Assembly: GCA_964485575.1 (NCBI GenBank)
Contig: CAZAJO010000003.1
Location: 19,722-83,721, forward strand
Reading direction: 5' to 3'
DNA length: 64,000 nucleotides
Source of the DNA: an uncultured Gammaproteobacteria bacterium
GTDB taxonomy: Bacteria > Patescibacteriota > Microgenomatia > Levybacterales > GWA1-39-11
Shown: positions 57,316 through 64,000 of the stretch, one piece after another
Numbering within the stretch: the stretch's first letter is position 1
Layout: each line of letters opens with the position of its first letter
Position numbers and translations under genes: made by a program
Notes under the pieces: generated by a model
Database searches by the model: none
Told to the model about the DNA's origin: nothing
Seen by the model: only the letters and a program-made list of their open reading frames with translations

Positions 57316-57852
57316 TCAAACCCTAAGCTTTTTCACAATTTCGTGGTGAATTTCTTTTATTGGTTTTTCCCCATCAATTTCATGAACTATTTTCTTTTTA
57401 CGATAATAATCTATAACTGGTTTTGTTTTCTCGTGAAATAAATTGATTCTTTTTTTAATTGCCTTTAGAGTATCGTCTTCACGGTCGTCATCTCTTCCAG
57501 CCAATCTCCACAATGCTTCTTTATCACTTACTGCCAAGTAAATCACTCCTTTTATTCCATTTTCAAACCGTTCTGCCTGTGGAACCGTACGGGGAAATCC
57601 ATCAAGTATATAACCATTTTTGTATTCATCCCGTCCTAAGTATTCTTGGACAATCTCAAGAGTTTTCTCGTCTGAAATCAAAAACCCAGCATTCATAGTT
57701 TCTTTAATATAACGGCCTATCGGGGTTTTTTCTTTAGCCATTTCACGAAAAATATGTCCTGAAGAAAGATAGGGAATTTTAAGTTTTTTAGATAGTAAAT
57801 TGCCCTGAGTACTCTTACCACTACCTTGAATTCCGATGAGTATTATTTTCAT
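57316..57852 (-). CDS. adk: Adenylate kinase
   Basis: GIQGSGKSTQ, LDGFPR, REDD. Confidence 0.93.
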   Translation of the reverse strand: MKIILIGIQGSGKSTQGNLLSKKLKIPYLSSGHIFREMAKEKTPIGRYIKETMNAGFLISDEKTLEIVQEYLGRDEYKNGYILDGFPRTVPQAERFENGIKGVIYLAVSDKEALWRLAGRDDDREDDTLKAIKKRINLFHEKTKPVIDYYRKKKIVHEIDGEKPIKEIHHEIVKKLRV

Positions 57853-57858
57853 GAATTA

Positions 57859-59145
57859 TTAAAGATTGAATCTTTCGTATGAACGGGTTACAAGCTGGGT
57901 TTGGAAGATTTTGACTGTTTCGATGACTACAGAGACTACAATCAAAATACTTGTTCCACCGACAAGTAAGGCTTGAATACCTGTGGCTGATTGGAGAATA
58001 TTAGGGATGATTGCAACAAGACCAAGAAATAGTCCCCCAACAAGTGTAATTCTTGTCACTATGTAGTTCAAATAGTGTGCCGTTGGTTTTCCAGGACGTA
58101 TACCAGGTATAAAACCTCCTCCTTCTTGGATATCCTCAGAAACTTTTTGAGGATTTATGACGATTGCTGTATAAAAATACGTGAATCCAAAAACCATGAG
58201 GAAGTAAACTATGTTATACCAGATGGTTGTTGAAGAAAAATTTGTAGCTAGGAAATGCCCAACACCTGCAAGGGCTACATTTTTTGATGCGATAAAGTAA
58301 TTTGACAAGAGGGATGGAAGAAGAACTATTGAGATAGCAAAGATGATTGGAACGACTCCTGCTGAATTAAGGCGCAATGGTAAGAATGTTTGTTGTGCAC
58401 TCTCAGATTTTCCTCCACGAATGCGTCTTGCATAGACAACTGGAACTTTTCTGACAGCCTCAGTGACAAAAACAATAGCAGCGATAAGAGCAAAAGCTGC
58501 TGCTGCGATAAGAGCGTAATTCATAAGCTGATCAGGTGTTATAGTTGTAAATGCTTGTCCAATCGCTGATGGGACTCCTCCGACAATACCTGCAAATATG
58601 ATAAGAGAAATGCCATTGCCGATATTTTGCTCTGAGATAAGTTCTCCAATCCAAAGGATAAGCATCGTTCCTGCAACGAGTGTTGTAATGAATGTGACTA
58701 ATAAAAAGGGGTCGAGATTTGCGATAAGACCTTGAGATCTTAGCAATGCATACATTCCAATTGCCTGCAGTACTGCAAGTGGAAGAGTGATATAGCGTGT
58801 GTACTGATTTATTTTTTGACGGCCATATTCTCCCTCTTTCTGCAGTTCTTCAAGTTTTGGATAAATTTGTGTTGCAAGCTGCATCACAATTGAAGCGTAG
58901 ATGTATGGACCTATCCCAACGGCAAGTACCGAGAAATTCGCAAGTGTTCCTCCACCCAAAAGATTGACGAGTCCTAAAAATTGATTCTGATCAAAAAGAG
59001 CTTTTAACTGATTGATATTAACTCCTGAAACTGGGATATGTGCTAAAAATCTGAATGCTAGTAAGAGGGCAAGAACGACGATTGTCTTTTTCCTTAGTTC
59101 ACGATCTTTGAGGATCTTCTTAAGGACTGCAAAAAATTTGCTCAT
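57859..59145 (-). CDS. secY: Preprotein translocase SecY
   Basis: GIGPYI, GNGISLII, GVVPIIFA, IPGIRPG, GGTSILI. Confidence 0.98.
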   Translation of the reverse strand: MSKFFAVLKKILKDRELRKKTIVVLALLLAFRFLAHIPVSGVNINQLKALFDQNQFLGLVNLLGGGTLANFSVLAVGIGPYIYASIVMQLATQIYPKLEELQKEGEYGRQKINQYTRYITLPLAVLQAIGMYALLRSQGLIANLDPFLLVTFITTLVAGTMLILWIGELISEQNIGNGISLIIFAGIVGGVPSAIGQAFTTITPDQLMNYALIAAAAFALIAAIVFVTEAVRKVPVVYARRIRGGKSESAQQTFLPLRLNSAGVVPIIFAISIVLLPSLLSNYFIASKNVALAGVGHFLATNFSSTTIWYNIVYFLMVFGFTYFYTAIVINPQKVSEDIQEGGGFIPGIRPGKPTAHYLNYIVTRITLVGGLFLGLVAIIPNILQSATGIQALLVGGTSILIVVSVVIETVKIFQTQLVTRSYERFNL

Positions 59146-59153
59146 AAATAAAT

Positions 59154-59585
59154 CTACTCTATGCTACCGCCTGCCTTTTCTACCTTCGCGCGCGCTGAAT
59201 TTGATATAGGAAGTTTGATCGTATAAACACCCTTCAAATCCCCGTCTCCTAAAATCTTCACGCCAAATTTCTTTGCATCGGCGGATGCTACTATATTATG
59301 TTTGATAAGCATTTCAATATCAACAACAGACTTTACCGGAAGAAGATTTAATGCACTCAGATTTATAACTATTGGTTTTGTCTGTAAAGAATAGTTTCTC
59401 CCTTTACCACGTCTAAATGGGAGTCTTTTTATTAGCGGGAGTGCTCCTCCTTCAAATGAGAGAGCTCTTTTGCTTCGGGCATTCTGCCCTTTCATTCCCC
59501 GTCCTGAAGTCTTTGCACGACCTGTCCCGTGTCCTTGTCCAAGTCTTCTTGATCTTTTAGTTGTTAATTTTGGTAAATTGTTCAT
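59154..59585 (-). CDS. rplO: 50S ribosomal protein L15
   Basis: GRGMKGQ, FEGG, KILGDG. Confidence 0.96.
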   Translation of the reverse strand: MNNLPKLTTKRSRRLGQGHGTGRAKTSGRGMKGQNARSKRALSFEGGALPLIKRLPFRRGKGRNYSLQTKPIVINLSALNLLPVKSVVDIEMLIKHNIVASADAKKFGVKILGDGDLKGVYTIKLPISNSARAKVEKAGGSIE

Positions 59586-59617
59586 ATGTTACTTTTGCTT
59601 GCTAAAGCAAGCTTTGC

Positions 59618-60061
59618 TTATGCGTTTGTCTTTCTCCCAAGTTCTTTAAGTGCAGCAAATGTTGCGTGAACATTACTTCCTTTATTTGCAGTACCTAAAA
59701 TCTTTGATGAAATGTTTCTAATTCCGGCTGCCTCAACCACACTTCTTACAGCTCCCCCAGCAATGATTCCTGACCCTTGAGGTGCTGGTTTTAAAATGAT
59801 TTGTGCTGCACCTTCTTTGACACGGATTGCTCTTGGAATTGTGTCATTTATTATCGGTACATCGATAAAATGCTTTTTAGCATAAGAGATTGCTTTTTGG
59901 ATAGCTTGGGAAACATCGGCTGACTTTCCAAGACCAACGCCAACTTTACCCTTGCGGTCCCCAACAACAGCTAGAGCTGAAAATCTCATTTTGTTACCAC
60001 CTTTAGTTTTTTTAGAAACCCGGTTGATCTGTACTATTTTTTCGTCGTATTGATTATCCAT
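59618..60061 (-). CDS. rpsE: 30S ribosomal protein S5
   Basis: RVSKKTKGG, VVGD, GIIAGG. Confidence 0.97.
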   Translation of the reverse strand: MDNQYDEKIVQINRVSKKTKGGNKMRFSALAVVGDRKGKVGVGLGKSADVSQAIQKAISYAKKHFIDVPIINDTIPRAIRVKEGAAQIILKPAPQGSGIIAGGAVRSVVEAAGIRNISSKILGTANKGSNVHATFAALKELGRKTNA

Positions 60062-60062
60062 A

Positions 60063-60401
60063 CTAGAATATCAGTCCTCCTTCTCGTGCAGAATCTGCCA
60101 AAGCTTTTACACGTCCGTGGAACTTGTAAGATCCTTTGTCAAAAACTACTTTTGTAACTTTTTTTGCTTTTGCTTTTTCTGCAATTAACTTTCCTACCTC
60201 AATTGCTTGCTCCATTTTCTTCGTTGCCTTTACCTCTTTTGATGATGCTGAAGCGACTGTTTTTGCCTTTGAATCATCAATGATCTGAGCATATATATTT
60301 GTATTTGAACGATAGACAGAAAGTCTTGGTCTATCAGAAACAAACGCAATCTTTTTTCTAATTCTTGTTGTCCTTCTTGTTTTGCTATTTTTATTATTCA
60401 T
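60063..60401 (-). CDS. rplR: 50S ribosomal protein L18
   Basis: [22 protein letters not shown]. Confidence 0.97.
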   Translation of the reverse strand: MNNKNSKTRRTTRIRKKIAFVSDRPRLSVYRSNTNIYAQIIDDSKAKTVASASSKEVKATKKMEQAIEVGKLIAEKAKAKKVTKVVFDKGSYKFHGRVKALADSAREGGLIF

Positions 60402-60439
60402 ATTATTTTTATAACTAAACGCTAAACCCTAAACGCTTA

Positions 60440-60979
60440 TTAGGCGGCCTTCGCTGCTTTACCTGCCTTTCTTCTTACTTTCTCACCTTCATATTTGATT
60501 CCCTTTGCCTTATAAGGATCCGGTGGTCTTACTTTTCTTATTTTGCTTGCAACATCTCCAACAATTTGTTTGTCTATACCAGTAACGGTTATGATATTCT
60601 CCTCAACTGCAAATGTGACATTCTCAGGTGCAGAAATCTTTACCGGATGAGAAAATCCAAGATTTAAGATAAGGTCACGTCCATCAACTCTTGCTCTATA
60701 ACCAACTCCAGACAATTCCAACTTCCTATTAAATCCCTTTGATACTCCCGTTGCCATGTTTGAGATGAGAGATCTTGTTAGACCATAGAATTTTTCAAGA
60801 TACTTCGCATCGTGTTCTTTTTTAACGGTAACGATATTGTCTGCAACAACAACGTCTATCCCTGTTGGGATATTCCATGACAAAGAACCCTTAGTTCCTG
60901 TGACAGTAACGTTCTTACCGTCTTTTACGACAGTAACTCCTGCATCCAATGTTATTATTTGTTTTCCGATATTTGACAT
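60440..60979 (-). CDS. rplF: 50S ribosomal protein L6
   Basis: GVGYRA, LGFSHP, PYKAKGI. Confidence 0.97.
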   Translation of the reverse strand: MSNIGKQIITLDAGVTVVKDGKNVTVTGTKGSLSWNIPTGIDVVVADNIVTVKKEHDAKYLEKFYGLTRSLISNMATGVSKGFNRKLELSGVGYRARVDGRDLILNLGFSHPVKISAPENVTFAVEENIITVTGIDKQIVGDVASKIRKVRPPDPYKAKGIKYEGEKVRRKAGKAAKAA

Positions 60980-60981
60980 AA

Positions 60982-61371
60982 TTAACTTATTCGGGCGAGT
61001 AGTTCTCCACCGATTCCTAATTTAGTTGCTTTTCTGTTAGACATTATTCCCTGGTTGGTTGAAAGGATTGCCAAATCATATTTTGTTGCAACTTTTCTTG
61101 TCTTAACTTTATTTACATATGTGTGCACTGAAGGTTTTGAGATGATTTTTACGTCCTTCATTGCAGCTTCATTTTTTCTGTACAACAATGTAGCTTTTAC
61201 AACTGGCTTTTCCTCTTCTTTTCCTTCTTTAATGTCTTTTATATATCCTTCATCTTTAAGGACCATTCCGATAGAAAGGACCATCTTGGAGTAAGGAAAA
61301 CTTACTTCATTTTTATTAGCCATGTAGGCATTTTTTATTTGTATTAAAAAACTTGCGATAGGGTATGTCAT
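60982..61371 (-). CDS. rpsH: 30S ribosomal protein S8
   Basis: IKNA, EGYI, ISKP, STNQG, GGE. Confidence 0.95.
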   Translation of the reverse strand: MTYPIASFLIQIKNAYMANKNEVSFPYSKMVLSIGMVLKDEGYIKDIKEGKEEEKPVVKATLLYRKNEAAMKDVKIISKPSVHTYVNKVKTRKVATKYDLAILSTNQGIMSNRKATKLGIGGELLARIS

Positions 61372-61381
61372 ATTTTAATTT

Positions 61382-61567
61382 TTACCAAGAAGCTTTTTTA
61401 ACTCCTGGAAACTCTCCTTTCAATGCTCTTTCACGGAAACATATTCTACAGATTCCGAATAATCTCATGTATCCTCTTGTTCTTCCACAAAGCGCACAGA
61501 GATTAACGTTACGTGTTTTGTATTTCTGTTTCTTTCCTAATTTTACGATTGTTGATGTTTTGCTCAT
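61382..61567 (-). CDS. rpsN: 30S ribosomal protein S14 (Zn-binding type)
   Basis: CALCGR...CRICFRE, KASW. Confidence 0.96.
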   Translation of the reverse strand: MSKTSTIVKLGKKQKYKTRNVNLCALCGRTRGYMRLFGICRICFRERALKGEFPGVKKASW

Positions 61568-61572
61568 ATTAT

Positions 61573-62124
61573 TTAGTTCTTAGCTTCTCCTTTAACAAAT
61601 GGCATTCCCATTGCAGTTAACAATGCTTTTGCTTTTTCATCATCCCGCGCATTAGTTACTATTGTAACCTGCAAAGAACGAAGAACATCTACTTTACCGG
61701 AATCGATTTCAGGGAAAACCAGTTGTTCAGAGAAGCCAAACGATATATTACCTCTTCCGTCGAAAGCTTTCAAGTCTACCCCGTTAAAATCTTTAACCCG
61801 AGGGAATACGATTTTAACAAGTTTTTCTAAGAAATCATACATTCTCTGACCACGAAGAGTAACATTCATTCCGATTTTGTCTCCTTCACGAAGTTTAAAG
61901 GTAGCGATAGAAACTCTCGCTTTTGCAATTCTTGGCTTTTGACCCGTAATTAATGTCAGATCCTCAAGTGCACGTTCTATGTTTTTCTTATCCTTTAAGA
62001 ACTCACGAGAACTCATGTTAACGTTAATCTTTGTGACTCTTGGTACAGCCATAACAGATTTAACCTTAAGCTGAGCTTTTAGGTCTTTTACAATTTTTTC
62101 TTCAAAGTTTTTTCTAAATTCCAT
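61573..62124 (-). CDS. rplE: 50S ribosomal protein L5
   Basis: ITGQKP, FKLREG, FDGRGN, FPEI. Confidence 0.97.
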   Translation of the reverse strand: MEFRKNFEEKIVKDLKAQLKVKSVMAVPRVTKINVNMSSREFLKDKKNIERALEDLTLITGQKPRIAKARVSIATFKLREGDKIGMNVTLRGQRMYDFLEKLVKIVFPRVKDFNGVDLKAFDGRGNISFGFSEQLVFPEIDSGKVDVLRSLQVTIVTNARDDEKAKALLTAMGMPFVKGEAKN

Positions 62125-62136
62125 AGTATTAAATAA

Positions 62137-62250
62137 TTAACCTTGTCTCTGTTTGTGGCGTGGATTTTCACAAATCACAAGCAATCGTCCCTTTCTTTTG
62201 ACGATCTTACAATTCAGACAACGTTTTTTAACTGATGCTTGTACTTTCAT
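62137..62250 (-). CDS. rpmJ: 50S ribosomal protein L36 (not in ORF track)
   Basis: [37 protein letters not shown]. Confidence 0.96.
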   Translation of the reverse strand: MKVQASVKKRCLNCKIVKRKGRLLVICENPRHKQRQG

Positions 62251-62252
62251 AT

Positions 62253-62558
62253 TTAGATTTTTTCCTTACTCATTCTGCTAATTCTTTCTTTTACACCTTT
62301 AACAATTTTGTATCCTACTCTTGTTGGTTTTTTCTTTTTAGGATCAAGTAAAGAAACTTTACTTGCATGCAATGGTTTTGAAAAAGTTACAATTTCGGAT
62401 TTTTGTCCTTGTTGTCGTGACTTTACATGTCTTTTATATTGATTTAAGTTCTCAACCAATACCATATCTTTTGAAGGGAAAACCCTCATGACCGTTCCGG
62501 TCTTACCTTTGTCTTTTCCTATCATAACTTGTACTGTATCTCCTTTATGTATTTTCAT
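62253..62558 (-). CDS. rplX: 50S ribosomal protein L24
   Basis: [23 protein letters not shown]. Confidence 0.96.
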   Translation of the reverse strand: MKIHKGDTVQVMIGKDKGKTGTVMRVFPSKDMVLVENLNQYKRHVKSRQQGQKSEIVTFSKPLHASKVSLLDPKKKKPTRVGYKIVKGVKERISRMSKEKI

Positions 62559-62601
62559 AATTAATTTATTAATTTCAAGCTTTGCTTATAGTTAATTTAA
62601 T

Positions 62602-62973
62602 TTAAACGACGTTCTTGGCTAACGATGCAATTTTTGCAAATCCTGCGTCTTTTACTTCACGAGCCACTGGTCCGAATATACGAGTCCCCATTGGATCTTT
62701 TGTTTTTTCATCTATTACAACTCCTGCATTTTCAGAGAATCTGATGTAAGTTCCGTCATCTCTTCGCTGTTCTTTTTTTGCTCTGACCAGAACTACTTTT
62801 ACCTTGTCTCCCTTTTTGAATTGTCCGTGTGGTAGAGCCTTTTTGACGACACATCCAAGTGTTTCTCCAAGATAACCAAAACTTCTTTTTGATCCACCGT
62901 AAATGTGGATTACTTGAAGTTGTTTTGCACCGCTGTTGTCAGCGACAACCAACATTGTTCTGTGTTGTACCAT
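62602..62973 (-). CDS. rplN: 50S ribosomal protein L14
   Basis: VADNSGAK, GTRIFGPVARE. Confidence 0.98.
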   Translation of the reverse strand: MVQHRTMLVVADNSGAKQLQVIHIYGGSKRSFGYLGETLGCVVKKALPHGQFKKGDKVKVVLVRAKKEQRRDDGTYIRFSENAGVVIDEKTKDPMGTRIFGPVAREVKDAGFAKIASLAKNVV

Positions 62974-62974
62974 A

Positions 62975-63304
62975 TTACTTCTTATCCTCCTTAGAGACTA
63001 CTTTATAATTTTTGTCTTTACTTAACGGTCTAGTTCCTTGAATCTTTACAATGTCTCCATCGGCAAGATTCATACCGTTTGAGTCTACCTTCAATCTCTT
63101 GGTAACTTTTATCAACTTTCCGTATAACTTGTGTGCAACTTTTCTCTCAATTGCGACAACTACAGTTTTTTGCATTTTTGTTGAAACGACAGTACCTGTC
63201 ATTGTTCTTTTAGTTGTATCCATAACTTCTTTTGTAGCTTTTGGTTTTGTCTCCTTTACTACTTTTTTTTCAATTGTTTTTGTTGTTTTCTTTGTTGTTG
63301 CCAT
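62975..63304 (-). CDS. rpsQ: 30S ribosomal protein S17 (basic N-terminal extension)
   Basis: GTVVSTKMQKTVVV, HKLYGK, TRPLSK. Confidence 0.95.
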   Translation of the reverse strand: MATTKKTTKTIEKKVVKETKPKATKEVMDTTKRTMTGTVVSTKMQKTVVVAIERKVAHKLYGKLIKVTKRLKVDSNGMNLADGDIVKIQGTRPLSKDKNYKVVSKEDKK

Positions 63305-63305
63305 A

Positions 63306-63545
63306 TTATTTAGTTAGCTCTTTTTGTTCTTCAGTTTTTTTAATTTCAGTTCCTTGCTTTTCAGAAAGGTATGTCAAAACTCGTGCAATATCTTTTTTCT
63401 TCATATATAAAGCGTTTGTGTTCTCTGCTTTTCCTGTTTTCATATCCAAAGCAAGCTTACTAACTTCAGAGCGCATACCACGAAGTTCATGGATCAGCTC
63501 ATCAACTGTCTTTGTTCTTAATTCTTTTTTCTGTTGTGTCTTCAT
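63306..63545 (-). CDS. rpmC: 50S ribosomal protein L29
   Basis: ELR, KKDIARVLT; position between rplP and rpsQ. Confidence 0.9.
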   Translation of the reverse strand: MKTQQKKELRTKTVDELIHELRGMRSEVSKLALDMKTGKAENTNALYMKKKDIARVLTYLSEKQGTEIKKTEEQKELTK

Positions 63546-63546
63546 G

Positions 63547-63960
63547 TTAATTGTGTTTTTTAACGAATGTTGCCTTTACTGCCAATTTCATAGCAGCAAG
63601 TCTTAATGCTTCTTTTGCTGTTGCTTCATCAATTCCGCCCATCTCAAACATGACTTGTCCGAGTCTTACGATAGATACCCAATGATCAACATCCCCTTTT
63701 CCTCCACCCATTCTCGTCTCCGGCGGTTTTTTAGTAATAGGCATTGCAGGAAAAATCCGTATCCAGACTCTTCCTCCTCTTTTTATGAAATGGACAATAG
63801 CCCGTCTTGCAGCCTCTATTTGACGTGATGAGACGTGCCCTGACTCTGACGCCTGAAGTCCATACTCACCAAAGCTAACCTTGGTTCCCTTTACGGCAGG
63901 CCCTGGTAGGCTTCTTGGCTTAAATAATTTTCTATATTTTGTTTTCTTTGGTTGTAACAT
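63547..63960 (-). CDS. rplP: 50S ribosomal protein L16
   Basis: [24 protein letters not shown]. Confidence 0.98.
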   Translation of the reverse strand: MLQPKKTKYRKLFKPRSLPGPAVKGTKVSFGEYGLQASESGHVSSRQIEAARRAIVHFIKRGGRVWIRIFPAMPITKKPPETRMGGGKGDVDHWVSIVRLGQVMFEMGGIDEATAKEALRLAAMKLAVKATFVKKHN

Positions 63961-63972
63961 ATTTTTTAACGC

Positions 63973-64000
63973 TTATTTCTTGTTGATCCAAACTTTTACT
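63973..64000 (-). CDS. rpsC: 30S ribosomal protein S3 (3' end only)
   Basis: VKVWINKK* immediately upstream of rplP. Confidence 0.8.

Overview
AT-rich bacterial chromosome segment, probably Patescibacteria/CPR (Microgenomates-like). This is inferred from the class I LysRS, the absence of rpmD between rpsE and rplO, the split transketolase and the compact gene packing. Most of the window is housekeeping: secA, serS, lysS, greA, ddl, tsaD, topA, a UvrD-like gene, RNase P RNA, miaA, HU, rny, a GT4-GH57-GH15 operon, recA/recX and the spc/alpha ribosomal cluster. The standout is a ~12.5 kb large-serine-recombinase element (36728-49202) inserted at the 3' end of tRNA-Pro(GGG) with only a 5-bp direct repeat (TGTCG). 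Just upstream of its recombinase it carries a perfect 187-bp reverse-complement copy of its own joined ends (the predicted circle/attP junction, 89 bp + 103 bp sharing the 5-bp core). This copy sits inside a 16-bp closing stem, downstream of a sigma70-like promoter and an H-type pseudoknot, so it is a candidate guide/bridge-like ncRNA or inversion switch. Integration also splits the recombinase C-terminus. The element additionally carries a DnaA-box-like cluster, a putative nucleoside/aminosugar biosynthetic cluster, and an OLD-family nuclease ending in an SSB-like DDIPF tail. All alignments were done by eye; no searches were run.
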